This document shows, in pieces, positions 1-10,039 of a DNA stretch of 64,000 bases (position 1 is its first letter; the number at the start of each line of letters is the position of its first letter). The position numbers and the translations under genes are program-made. Below the pieces are notes generated by a model. That model was not told the origin of the DNA. It searched no databases and saw only the letters and a program-made list of their open reading frames with translations. Location: assembly GCA_963765765.1 (NCBI GenBank), contig CAVXYC010000019.1, positions 224,001 through 288,000 of the forward strand, given 5' to 3'. The stretch is from an uncultured Chloroflexia bacterium (GTDB lineage Bacteria > Chloroflexota > UBA6077 > JACCZL01).

Positions 1-11
1 AATTCATACCA

Positions 12-189
12 ATGGAAACCACCAAGCAGCGCGCCATTCAAGCCCTGAGCACGTTGCCTGACGATGCCACGATTGATGATGCGATCGATCAGCTGTGCTT
101 CCTCGCAAAAGTGGACAAAGGCCTCCGCGACTCGGACAGCCGGGCAGCCGAGCTCTCATGAGGAGATTCGCGAACAGTTCCTGGCGTGA
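12..189 (+). CDS. Putative addiction-module antitoxin (frameshifted, absent from the ORF track)
   Basis: Manual translation METTKQRAIQALSTLPDDATIDDAIDQLCFLAKVDKGLRDSD...(shift)...SHEEIREQFLA*; its stop overlaps the toxin GTG start (GTGA at 186-189). Confidence 0.7.
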
Positions 190-467
190 GACGCCTGCGT
201 TGGGCTGATCGGGGCCCGACGAGATCTCGGCGCGATTAGGGACTTCGTGAGCGGCGATTCATCCCAGTACGCTCCCTTATTCTGGCAAGGTTGATTGCGC
301 GGGCGGTCCGAATTCCCCGAGGCTGGCAGGGTTGTCCCATCTCAGATCCCCAGATTCGCGAGATTATCGTTCGTCCATACTGCATCGTTTACCGTTTTGT
401 CGGTGATGACGAGACCCATCTCATCACAGTGCACCACGGAGCCAGGCAGTTTCCCGAGACTCTCTAA
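186..467 (+). CDS. RelE/ParE family toxin (frameshifted)
   Basis: Fragments across frames: MRRLRWADR / ARRDLGAIRDFVSGDSSQYA / EFPEAGRVVP / IREIIVRPYCIVYRF...ITVHHGARQFPETL*, typical RelE/ParE motifs. Confidence 0.75.
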
Positions 468-582
468 CTTGCCCTTCGGGATCTGCGCCGCAACCGTCGC
501 TGACCTCATCCCCATAAGTCCGGTACTTTTCGCGCAATGCTGGACTCCAGTATCGACCCGCATGAGCTAGGGAGTCTCAGCC

Positions 583-752
583 ATGGACCGCTCAACGCGT
601 CTACGTTCTTCAGCCGTGCGGACCTAACCTGCTCAGAACCCTCTAGTTCGTTTTCATTGCCGGGTGGCTAGGCGGACTTGCTTCGGCTGTCATCTTGTTA
701 CTGTTCATCACGATCATTGGTCTGCCGCTGGGCCTCTGTGCGACCTGGGCCA
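583..752 (+). pseudogene. Remnant of a YccF (DUF307)-like membrane protein
   Basis: GPNLLRTL*FVFIAGWLGGLASAVILLLFITIIGLPLGL with in-frame TAG at 644-646; ITIIGLPLG resembles the YccF ITIIGIP signature; ATG 583 follows a GGGAG but is out of frame. Confidence 0.5.
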
Positions 753-803
753 AAATCCTCGTCTAAATTCGCCCTCACTTCGGCCGCTTAACCAGCCCGC
801 ACC

Positions 804-1948
804 TCAGAATCGCGCCAAACATCCTCGAGCAAAGTCTCGAGGGCTTGGGGCCCGCCTCTTGCGATTTGAGATGTCTGATGCAGCTCGCTGTACAGCTTCC
901 GCATATGCCACCGCGAGTTCATGATGGGGCGACGCGAGACTGACCTGTGTTTCTGACGGCGGATCTGTGGTCATATCGACCACCGTGATGTCCAACTCGA
1001 TTTCGTCATCCTCATCTGACGCACCTTCGGAAGTGCCCGATCTAGCGGAAAGCACAGAGTCAACCTCATAGCTGAACTCGTTAAGTCGGGTTGCTGCCAG
1101 GAGCCGACCTCCTTGGTCAGCGGGAGAGCTTCGATGTGTGTCGCGAATACGAGGAAGAGCGTGTAGAAGTCGGACTTTTTTCTCCATCGAAGTAACTTGA
1201 CGTTAGGAAGCACCTGCCTAAGCTCACCAAGAACTTCAGCGAACAATTCTAATAGTCTATCGCTGTCATCGAATTCGTCTTCATAGGTTCTATACCATGA
1301 GTCAATTGATTGCTTCTTGTTTTGTATGCCATGGAGACTTGCAACAGCAATCTCGCTAACAAACTCACGATCTAACATTCTTCTGATGTCATTAGCGCTG
1401 AATATCCCAAAGTTAATCCAGATAGGATTATCAGATATCGTATCGATAACTTGTATGAATTTCCCCCAATAAGTTGAATGACGCAACTCTTGCTGATTTA
1501 ATGCGATAGTATTTCTATTTAACCTCTGAAAAATCGTGCTCAAAATATCTCTAGAAAGATCGGGTAATATTCTGACAACAAAGTTATACCCAAAGAGCCT
1601 CCTCCTGTCTTCAGAAGATAGATCATCAAAGGACATGTCGGGCCAATCTCCGGAATCTTGGCTTCGTATCTCAAATTGACCCTCGATGAACTCAAGGCAG
1701 GTCCTAACCCTTTGCTGGCCGTCGACAACGATGAATCGCTCTTTCCCCTCCTCGTCGACCAGCTCTTGAATGTAGAGTTCGGGAACTGGATAGCCCTGAA
1801 GTATGGTGTCGATTAAGAGGCTTTTCTGTGGGGTAAGCCAGACTGGATTTCTTTGGAATGGCGGAGCAATCTCTAGTTCTCCGGCGTCGGATCTAGTCTT
1901 CAGCCAGCTGACCGTGCGATTAGTGTTCCGGAGGAAATCCTGAGCCAT
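804..1948 (-). CDS. DUF262 (GmrSD N-terminal / ParB-like) domain protein; frameshift near 1110 joins ORF 971..1948 to the tail of 804..1187
   Basis: PPFQRNPVW, LIDTILQGYPVPELYI, VVDGQQR and IFQRLNR...LNQQELR are DUF262 hallmark motifs; AT-rich coding sequence. Confidence 0.85.
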
Positions 1949-1954
1949 GACGAA

Positions 1955-2539
1955 TCAAACCCCCTCTGAAAGAAGTTGTTGCTGGAGGTCCCGTATTCCT
2001 GCGGAGTGGTATGAGCGCAGCGAATCTGAGTCTCGGTAGAGTCGGATGTTAACGGACCTACCCTCGGCAGGTGACTCTCGAGACGCCTTGGACAAAGCTT
2101 CCATCCAAACGCGACCGAAAGGGAGGTAAGGAAGGATTCGATCAGTCGCGATCGTTCCGGAGAAGACGTAATTGGCCCGGTGCGAGTTAACTGCGATTTT
2201 GGTCTTTTTGGGGAGAGCGTGGTAGGCGGCGCCGAGGTTCCTCAGGTATCGCCACGAAACATCAAAGTGATGAATGGAAATAACTGCTACATCAATATCG
2301 GAGCTAGCGCCAAAGGATTTGAACCTCTTCTGCGGGCTGAGACTGACGCCAACTGCCGCACTCCCTATGATCAGCATGTCCCGCGGGTCAATTTCTAAAG
2401 CTGACGCGAGTTTCATCCGCCAGTCAAGATAAGCGCGAGCATCTCCCTGGAAGAGATGCGGAACAGATTCGAAAAGCCATTGCGAGCAGAATACGTCAGG
2501 ATGCTCGGCAAGGATTGCTTGTCGCAGTGGGTCTTCCAA
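1955..2539 (-). CDS. Pol-beta superfamily nucleotidyltransferase-like protein
   Basis: IIGSAAVGVSLSP...SSDIDVAVIS matches the hGS...DxD NTase motif; TTG start with AGGAG RBS; stop lies 6 bp before the DUF262 ATG. Confidence 0.7.
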   Translation of the reverse strand: MEDPLRQAILAEHPDVFCSQWLFESVPHLFQGDARAYLDWRMKLASALEIDPRDMLIIGSAAVGVSLSPQKRFKSFGASSDIDVAVISIHHFDVSWRYLRNLGAAYHALPKKTKIAVNSHRANYVFSGTIATDRILPYLPFGRVWMEALSKASRESPAEGRSVNIRLYRDSDSLRSYHSAGIRDLQQQLLSEGV

Positions 2540-2692
2540 AGCGCTCTCCTGGTTAGCATCAAGATACTAAGTTCGGGATGGATCGGCACCACAGCGCATT
2601 CTAGTCCAACATCTGCAGCCGCGGAAGTTGGCCACTCGGTTTCATGACTCCGGAGCCCTCGATATCATTGGTCGGGATGAATAGACCCTCTC

Positions 2693-3870
2693 TCATGGGG
2701 CGGTTAACACCTGCCACCCGCACGGCTCAACCCTCAGCTGGGCGTTGAGCCGTGCGGCCTGTCGCGTGAGGTGCTCGCGTTCAGGGAGGTTGGGTGCTGA
2801 TCGGGCAGCTTCGGCGTAGAGCCGCGCCGCGATGACCGGGTCGCCGTCCCGCTCATGGAGGTATGCCGCGACGGCGGCGTATCGGGGTAAGGCGGGATCG
2901 AGCTCTGCCAGGGCGGCGAGGCCAGCCCGCGGGCCATCGGCCTCTCCGACCGCGACTGCCCGGTTGAGGCGGGCCACCGGGCTGTCGGTGAGGCGCACCA
3001 GCTCGTCATACCATTCGACGATCTGCACCCAATCGGTCTCATCGGGCGTCTGGGCGTCGGCGTGGAGCGCGGCGATGGCGGCCTGGGTCTGGGACTCGCC
3101 CAGGCGGTCGCGGGCGAGGGCTGTCTGGAGGATGTCGACGCCCTCGGCGATCAGGCGGGTGTCCCACAGGCCGCGGTCCTGCTCGGCGAGAGGCACGAGT
3201 CTGCCGTCTGGAGCCGGTTCGCGCCGGGCGCCGGGCGTGGTGGAGCAGCATGAGCGCGAGCAGGCCGGCGACCTCCTCATGGTCGATCTGGCCGCTAGCT
3301 GGCGGGTGAGCCGGATCGCCTCCTCGGCGAGGTCGACCTCGCCGGAGTAGCCCTCGTTGAAGACCAGGTAGAGCACGCGCAGCACCGTGGCGACGTCACC
3401 GGGCTGGTTGAGCTGGACGTCTGAGACGGTCCGCTTGGCCCGGCTGATCCGCTGGGCCATGGTTGCCTCGGGCACGAGGTAGGCTTGCGCGATCTGACGC
3501 GTGGTCAGGCCGCCGACCGCGCGCAGCGTGAGCGCGACGGCCGAAGCCGGTGTGAGTGATGGGTGCGCGCACAGAAAGTACAGCTGGAGTGTGTCGTCTA
3601 CGACGTCCCCGGTTCGGACATCGGCTCGCTCTCGACGCGTACCTCGCGGAGCCCTCGGGCGCTATCGGCGCGGGTGGCGTCGAGGAACTTCCGCCAGGCC
3701 ACGGTGATCAGCCAGCCTTTGGCGTCCCGCGGCGGGTCGTCCGGCCACACGCGCACGGCCTCGACCAGGGCGTCCTGCACGGCATCCTCGGCCGCCGCGA
3801 AGTCAGCTCCGCGACGGACGAGGATGCCAATCACGATGGGGGTGAGGGTCCGCAGCAGGGCCTCGTCCAC
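2693..3870 (-). CDS. ECF42-type RNA polymerase sigma factor with C-terminal DUF6596/TPR extension (frameshifted)
   Basis: AEDAVQDALVEA...GWLITVAWRK, TMAQRISRAK, VLYLVFNEGY, DQD-like [16 protein letters not shown]...ETDW, LNRAVAV; directly downstream of a DGPF gene. Confidence 0.85.
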
Positions 3871-3876
3871 CGTGCG

Positions 3877-4284
3877 TTACTCCGTGATGGTCGGCGGCGC
3901 GGTCAGGAACGGGCGCACCTCGAGCCACTCGTGGATCGGCTTCCCACCCGCGCCCGGAGCCGCGGACAGCTCGCCGGCCAGCTCCAGCGCTCGTTCATAG
4001 GTGTCAACGTCGATCACCATCCAGCCGGCGATCAGGTCCTTGGTCTCCGCGAACGGGCCGTCCGTGACGGGCGGCCGGCCCTCGCCGTCGTAGCGAACGA
4101 ACGTGCCCTCCGGGGAGAGCGCCTGTCCATCGACGAGCTCGCCGGTGGCCTCGAGCCGAGCGGCGAAATCCTGCATGTACTGACAATGGGCCGAATACTC
4201 CTCCGGCGTCCACTGGTCCATCGGCACGTCGTTGACCGATGCCGGCGCGCCTCGGTAGTGCTTGAGTAGCAGGTACTTGGCCAT
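3877..4284 (-). CDS. YCII-related (DGPF) protein
   Basis: TDGPFAETKDLIAGW...EVRP motif. Confidence 0.9.
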   Translation of the reverse strand: MAKYLLLKHYRGAPASVNDVPMDQWTPEEYSAHCQYMQDFAARLEATGELVDGQALSPEGTFVRYDGEGRPPVTDGPFAETKDLIAGWMVIDVDTYERALELAGELSAAPGAGGKPIHEWLEVRPFLTAPPTITE

Positions 4285-4318
4285 TGTTCTGCTGCCTTTG
4301 CTGGCTGTTCACTTCTGG

Positions 4319-4346
4319 GACGGAGCCCGGACGCGGGTTCTCGACA
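4319..4346 (-). promoter_or_regulatory. ECF42-type promoter for the DGPF-sigma operon
   Basis: Minus strand TGTCGA-N18-CGTC; same motif pair as at 17146-17172. Confidence 0.6.
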
Positions 4347-4386
4347 TCCCCCACGACTTTTGCTGTGGATTGCGCGAGCAGAACGG

Positions 4387-4512
4387 GATCCGCAGATTGA
4401 CGCAGATTGCGCAGATTAAAGACGTGTATCGAATCCCCTAGCCATGCGATGCCTGGCAGGCGTTCTCGATCCAAACGCAACAATCTGTGCAAATCTGCGT
4501 CAACTGCGGATC
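4387..4512. repeat. Palindromic element with three CGCAGATT units and their mirror images
   Basis: gatccgcagattgacgcagattgcgcagatt ... aatctgtgcaaatctgcgtcaactgcggatc. Confidence 0.7.
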
Positions 4513-4546
4513 TCGTCTTTCTTGGAGTCCCGTCATTACGCGATCG

Positions 4547-5045
4547 CTACACGCGGCGGAGCCCTGTTAAGCGAAGCAATTCATCGACCACCTCGTTGAG
4601 GGGCTGGGTAGCGTCGATATCTATCGCTCCCGCCGGTTTTTCGTCGCTTCGATTGAGCTCGAGCATGAGCTCGAGCTCCCAGGGCTGCTTGCCAAAGGTG
4701 TTGTCGGTGCGCTCTTGGAGGCGGCGACGCATGGTGTCATCGTCGATGCGGAGGTTGAATACCCTGGTGAAATAGGGCAGAAAGTCGTCGCGATTACGGC
4801 TGCTCCCACAGACGAATAACACGTCTGGTTCCGGGCTTTCGAGCTCGCTGACAGCTTTTTGCTCGTCCCACCTATGGTTGTCGTATTGAGCGGGCCCACC
4901 GGGGAGGCCGGTGTCGGGATCAACGAAGTATTTCCAGGCACGATCGGTACTCACGGCTTTGTAGCCGCGTCGGATCAGCTCCTCGTAGACCGAGGATTTC
5001 CCGGTAGCCAGATAAGCCTTCCACCAGATAGTTCCGTTTAGCCAT
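4547..5045 (-). CDS. P-loop nucleoside/nucleotide kinase-like protein (frameshift in the Walker A region)
   Basis: MAKRNYLVEGLSG/TGKSSVYEELIRRGYKAVSTDRAW continues into ORF 4547..4954 (RRRLQERTDN, IDATQPL). Confidence 0.7.
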
Positions 5046-5453
5046 GTTGATGGTCCGAGATCATGTTCATATAGCCAGGAAGTCGCACATGATCTGCGCG
5101 TGCGCGTCAGCCTCGTCCGGTCTTTCGTCGAGGTTGCCGTTGCGCTCGATCAGTGTGACGACGGGCCTACTGGACGTAAAAATGGAGGGCTCCGCGAGAG
5201 CTTGTCTGGCGGCTCCGGCCTCGGCCACCATCCGCCAATGGGTTACGATGTCCGCGGACCACCTCGACTTCGAAATGCAGAACCCCTCGTAGTTCTCTGC
5301 GAATGGAAGTGCCAGCAGGACCGCAAATGCAAACGTGGACTTTCGTGAAGCCCGGCCACCAGGGCCGCAACGCGCGTTGTTGGCTGAAGTACGCCGTACC
5401 GCGCCTCGTGAAGAATCCCTGCTGTGATTCCGGCACTCCCTAAGGCGCATCGC

Positions 5454-5664
5454 TTGGAATTCAAATTAGAAGGTGAAGAGTTCATCACACTTCAGTCGCT
5501 GCTGAAGGTCACTGGCCTGAGCGACACGGGTGGCAACGCCAAGCAGCGCCATCACGGGCGGCGAAGTGAAGGTGGACGGTGAAGTGGAGCTCCGTCGCGG
5601 AAAGAAGATCCGCGCCGGGCAAGTTGTCTCGTTCGGCGGGCAGGAAGTTACGGTAGTTGCCTAA
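5454..5664 (+). CDS. ybcJ: S4-domain RNA-binding protein, YbcJ/YaaA family (frameshifted, absent from the ORF track)
   Basis: LEFKLEGEEFITLQSLLKVTGLSDTGGNAKQ/AITGGEVKVDGEVELRRGKKIRAGQVVSFGGQEVTVVA*. Confidence 0.8.
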
Positions 5665-5926
5665 TTCTGCGCGTCCACTTTCATGATGTTCGCGACCAGC
5701 TGATGCTCGAGGCCACGAGGCCTCGTCCGTCGTCCACTGATCTACCGGCGCCCAGTACACGGGCGGGGACCGGGACACTCCGGCGGTGCCTGAGCAGGGG
5801 GTACTGGGCCATCATGTTCTCCTTGCGCGTACGGCCCATTGTGGCCGTGTTCCAGAGCGACAGCTTCTTCCCCCTTCGATGCCCTCCCGGCTACAGTAGC
5901 CTGGAGGCGATGGATGGAGATCGAAG

Positions 5927-6502
5927 ATGTCAAGAATACCTGACCTGACTCGGGAGAACCTCCCCGAGGATCTGCGCGCGGCCTTTGATGAGGTGATGGC
6001 GTCGGGTCCCGTGATTGGCCCGAGCAAGATTGCCATCAACAGCCCGGAGATGGCGCTTCGGCGGCGGCCGCTGAGCGATTACCTGCGGTTCGAGACGGGG
6101 ATCGAAGAGCGTTTCCTGGAGCTGGCGATCTTGCTGACGGCGCGGTGCCTGGATTGCGCGTACATCTGGAGCGCACACGCGGAGCCGGGGCGGAAGGCGG
6201 GGTTGGACAATGAGCTGGTTCGAGCGTTGTGCTGGAACAAGGAGGTTCCGAAGAGCACTCCGGAGGATGAGCTGGCGCTGATCGCGTACGGCCAGGAGCT
6301 GCTTCGGACGCACACGGTCCGTGAGAAGACATTTAATGATGCGCAGGCGATCTTTGGTACGAAGACGCTGGTTGAGCTGACCGCGCTCATGGGCCAGTAC
6401 GCGCAAAACGCGTTCTTCCTGAACGCGTTCGGTGTGGAAATCCCTCAGGATCGGACGGAGCCGAAGATGCCGGTGGGGTTGGAGCTGGAGGAGGAGCTCT
6501 AA
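5927..6502 (+). CDS. Carboxymuconolactone decarboxylase/AhpD family protein
   Basis: ELAILLTAR...YIWSAH...AGL and LVELTALMGQY pattern; GGAG RBS. Confidence 0.75.
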   Translation: MSRIPDLTRENLPEDLRAAFDEVMASGPVIGPSKIAINSPEMALRRRPLSDYLRFETGIEERFLELAILLTARCLDCAYIWSAHAEPGRKAGLDNELVRALCWNKEVPKSTPEDELALIAYGQELLRTHTVREKTFNDAQAIFGTKTLVELTALMGQYAQNAFFLNAFGVEIPQDRTEPKMPVGLELEEEL

Positions 6503-6636
6503 CCAGAGGTCAGAGCAGAGGCTAGAGGTCGGGGGCATGCGAGGACCTCTCAGCAGCCCTAGACACGGATGAAGGAACAACCGCTACCGCTGGCAGGTAC
6601 GGCTGGTCCAACGGCCCGTATGACATATGGACCGGG

Positions 6637-7017
6637 CTAGCCGGAGAGGCGGTCATGCTCCACTAGCCAGCGGGCGAAGGCGAGGTGTTGTTCGTCCGCG
6701 GGTGTTTCGTCGCTTTCTGGTGAGAGCTCTATCTCGGGCAGGCTTGCTGTTCGCGGTGAGTCCCAATCAGACTCGGATGCGCTGACTGTCATCGAATCGA
6801 CGTCGTCTGCCGGGCGATCAAGCGTCAGCGTGCGTTGGGTGCCGACGCTCGCGGCAGTGACGGGTTCGGGCTGGCGTTCGCCGGACAGGTACGTGAACAG
6901 GATGGCCAGAGCGAACTCCGCCAGGATGACAACCACAACGGCCAACAGTGCGAGCTGCAGCGCGTTAGCGATGGTGAATAGCTCGGATCCGGATTGAGCT
7001 GTGTCACTCGAGTACAT
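6637..7017 (-). CDS. Hypothetical single-pass membrane protein with acidic tail
   Basis: Hydrophobic stretch at aa ~14-45; AAGGAG RBS. Confidence 0.5.
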   Translation of the reverse strand: MYSSDTAQSGSELFTIANALQLALLAVVVVILAEFALAILFTYLSGERQPEPVTAASVGTQRTLTLDRPADDVDSMTVSASESDWDSPRTASLPEIELSPESDETPADEQHLAFARWLVEHDRLSG

Positions 7018-7106
7018 GGAGTATCTCCTTCACTCCGTGCGTTACGCGGAGGCCCGGATACGACCGGTGGCGGGTAGAAGGCTGGAATCTGCGGCGGGGC
7101 CTTGGT

Positions 7107-8349
7107 GTGCTCCGTACGGTGCTGTCACCGGAATCGGAGCCTGGCACCACCTGGAGTCGGCGGACGCGCATGGCCACCGGGGCGACCTCAATGGCTACAG
7201 GCTCGGCCGGTCTCCTGAGTACGGATTCGGAATCCTGGCCCAGAAATGGAGCGGCACGCCCGATCCCTCAATCAGGACGAACATTGGCTACCAGATCGAT
7301 CTGGAGCGGATGGGCGAGTTCAGCGAGCCGCTGAAGCGGCTCGAGCCGCTGATAATCGATAACGTGTGGGGCGATTCGCCCGGTGCTCGGGCCTGGCGGC
7401 ACACAGTCCAGGATCTTTTGGACGTACCGCCGATCCCGCTCATCAAGTCGTTCATGACTGTGGGTATGGGGGTGCAAGGGCGGCTGGTGGGCATTCTCAC
7501 CTCTCACACGTTCAGGCGGGATACTTCACCCCGCGGCACGCCAAGGTGGCTCAGGCGGTGGCGCGGCAGGCTGCCATCGCCATCGAAAACGCGCGTCTCT
7601 ACCAGCAGGCGCAGTCGCTGGCCATTCTGGAAGAGCGTCAACGGCTGGCCCGCGAGCTTCATGACTCCGTCTCTCAGGCGCTGTACGGGATTGGTCTTGG
7701 CGCCAAGACAGCCCGGGCATTGCTTGAGCGCGATCCTCAACAGGCGACGGACGCGGTGGATTATGTGATTGGCCTGGCGGAGGCCGGGCTTACCGAGATG
7801 CGGGCGCTCATCTTCGAGCTGCGTCCGGACACGATCGAGCGGGAGGGCCTCGTAGCGGCGCTGGACCGCCAGGTTCAGGCCGCCCAAAGGCGACACGAGA
7901 TTCGGGTGACCACCAGTCTCGGAACGGAGCCGGACATCCCACTAGCGGTCAAAGAATCGCTCTACCGCATCACCCAGGAGGCGCTGCAGAACGTGGTCAA
8001 GCACGCGCCGGCCAGCGCCGTGCAAGTCACGCTGCAGCAAAGCGCCGATGAGCTGACGCTGGAGATCCGCGACGACGGTCCAGGTTTCGATTCCACGCTG
8101 CCGTATCATGGGCACCTGGGTTTGAGATCGATGCATGAGCGCGCCAATCGCCACGGCGGCCGGCTGAGAGATCGTCTCTGCGCCCGGAGCGGGCACGCGC
8201 ATTTATGCCCGGATTCCGCGTGGGGCTGCCTAGGATGGACTCTACCCAGTCGGCCTGTCCGAGGGACCAGACCCAAACGCTGTCATAGTCAATGGCCGCG
8301 TTGTCATCCTGAGATGCGCCATGCGCTCCGCGCACCAACACACCAATGA
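7107..8349 (+). CDS. GAF-sensor histidine kinase, HisKA_3 (NarQ/DesK-like); frameshifted, true start and end uncertain
   Basis: QAAIAIENARLY, EERQRLARELHDSVSQ, QEALQNVVKHA, IRDDGPGF, GLRSMHERA. Confidence 0.8.
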
Positions 8350-8478
8350 AAATATCATCACGTCTTGTCAGTCGTCTGCTGACTTAGTCTATCTTCATGA
8401 GAGTGCAGCGAAGGATCTTCGCCGCTGATCCTCAGGACTCCGGTGGGAAGATCCTTCGCTGCACTCAGGATGACAGGG
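8302..8478. repeat. REP-like palindrome, GTCATCCTGAG family (left arm apparently interrupted)
   Basis: gagtgcagcgaaggatcttc ... gaagatccttcgctgcactcaggatgacaggg; the matching tgtcatcctgag lies at 8302-8313. Confidence 0.7.
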
Positions 8479-8524
8479 AAACAAGTGGCAGACAAGCCTG
8501 CCAGCGGGTCTCGTGTGCTGGCGT

Positions 8525-9214
8525 CTACCGCTCCAACAGCGCCGTGACTTCGATCTCCACTAACTTGCCCTCTGTGGAGTAGCCGTCGGCAAAGGCGTAC
8601 TCACTCTCCTTGGGCTGGCCTGGGAGAGCTGATGTGAGGGCGGAGCGCAGATCATCCAATGATTGGCTGCGATGCACGATGGCGGAAAGCTTGGTTACTT
8701 GATCCCACCGGACGTCGGCGTGTGATAGCGCGCTGGCGACATTGCCGAGGATCTCGGCCACTTGATCACGAAGATCGGGCAGGACGGAGGTCATCCCGGA
8801 GAGCGCAACCAGGCCGTCACGCTTCAGGTAGCGGAGAGGGACGATGGGCGGATCGTATTCCACCAGGGCCTTCTTGCTGCCGGGTGTAGTGGGGCGCATG
8901 GCCCAGAGCTGGATGGCGATGGCGGCTTCGGACTCGAAGAAGTCGGGCGCGATAAAGCTGGAGCTGGCGGAACGGGCAGCACCGCTGAGGATGGCTACTC
9001 TCGCCTTGCTGCCGACATCACGGCTGGCTCGGTCACGCGCCCACAGACGCGTGCGAATAGTGTCGTCAAGCGAGAGGCTCAGACCACGCAGCGCCCCGTC
9101 GAGTCGCTCGAAGATGTCCCGAGTCTGCTCAGCGGGATCCAGCGCGGCGCGTCCCTCGGCGCTGAGCGCAACGATCTCATGTCCGCGCCAGGAACTCACT
9201 GTCATTCGCATCAT
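8525..9214 (-). CDS. Tandem-domain RidA/YjgF-like protein
   Basis: Two YjgF-like halves (QTRDIFERLDGAL...; LSGMT...DQVAEILGNV...LVEIEVTA). Confidence 0.7.
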   Translation of the reverse strand: MMRMTVSSWRGHEIVALSAEGRAALDPAEQTRDIFERLDGALRGLSLSLDDTIRTRLWARDRASRDVGSKARVAILSGAARSASSSFIAPDFFESEAAIAIQLWAMRPTTPGSKKALVEYDPPIVPLRYLKRDGLVALSGMTSVLPDLRDQVAEILGNVASALSHADVRWDQVTKLSAIVHRSQSLDDLRSALTSALPGQPKESEYAFADGYSTEGKLVEIEVTALLER

Positions 9215-9417
9215 GGTCTCCTTACTGACGGGTGCTGGAGTCTAATGAATGTCGACATCATGGCGGTGCGCGAAGCACTGCTGTCGGCCGTCGAGCCGAA
9301 TCTTGGTGAGCCGTATGATATCCGCGGGCAGCGTCCGTTGTGGCAGGTATCCGGGTGAGTTTCCGAAACTGAAGCCGAACGGGCGCACCACCATACTCCA
9401 GCCCGCGGAGCGCGACC

Positions 9418-10002
9418 ATGACCGAGCCGAGCCGTAGCCCAACAACCTTCGATGAAGAGAGAGCAACTTCGGTATTGATGCTGGCATTCAGCGCAGACCC
9501 GGCCGTCCGCTGGGTATGGCCTGATCCGCGTCAGTACCTGGAAGACTTTCCGAGCTTCGCACGCGCGTTCGGAGGCAGCGCGTTTACCCAGGGCACTGCT
9601 TACTGTCTGCCCGGCTACGTCGGCGCCGCACTCTGGCTGCCGCCGGGGATTGGGCCGGACGAGGATGCGATAGTCGATCTCTTCAAGCGCAGCACCACTG
9701 AGAAGAGGCAGGCCGAGGTATTCGAGGTGTTGGAGCAAATGGGCCGCTACCATCCGACCGAGCCTCACTGGTATCTGCCGCTTATCGGCGTGGATCCGTC
9801 ACGCCAGGGCGAGGGACTGGGCGCGGAGCTAATGCGGCCGGTTCTGGCTACATGTGATCGCGATGGCCTGCCCGCGTATCTCGAATCTTCCAACGCGCGG
9901 AATGTTCCATTCTATGAGCGGCTGGGGTTTGAGGTGCTGGGAACGATTCAGTCGGGAGGATCGCCGGAGCTTTATCCGATGCTGCGGAAAGTGCGGGGGT
10001 AG
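9418..10002 (+). CDS. GNAT N-acetyltransferase (puromycin acetyltransferase-like)
   Basis: HWYLPLIGVDPSRQGEGLG, AYLESSNARNVPFYERLGF. Confidence 0.85.
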   Translation: MTEPSRSPTTFDEERATSVLMLAFSADPAVRWVWPDPRQYLEDFPSFARAFGGSAFTQGTAYCLPGYVGAALWLPPGIGPDEDAIVDLFKRSTTEKRQAEVFEVLEQMGRYHPTEPHWYLPLIGVDPSRQGEGLGAELMRPVLATCDRDGLPAYLESSNARNVPFYERLGFEVLGTIQSGGSPELYPMLRKVRG

Positions 10003-10039
10003 GCGAGGGCAATTTCAAGATTGCAGTGGTCTTGAAGAG

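Noticed and set aside
804-1948. Complete GmrSD type IV restriction enzyme
   Set aside because: No DUF1524/HNH motif seen; the protein is short and paired with an NTase instead.
1955-2539. CBASS CD-NTase
   Set aside because: At 194 aa it is too short, and no SAVED, patatin, TM effector or Cap2/3 gene is adjacent.
5044-5488. Several overlapping 80-127 aa ORFs
   Set aside because: No recognisable motif or RBS; I cannot tell which, if any, is real.
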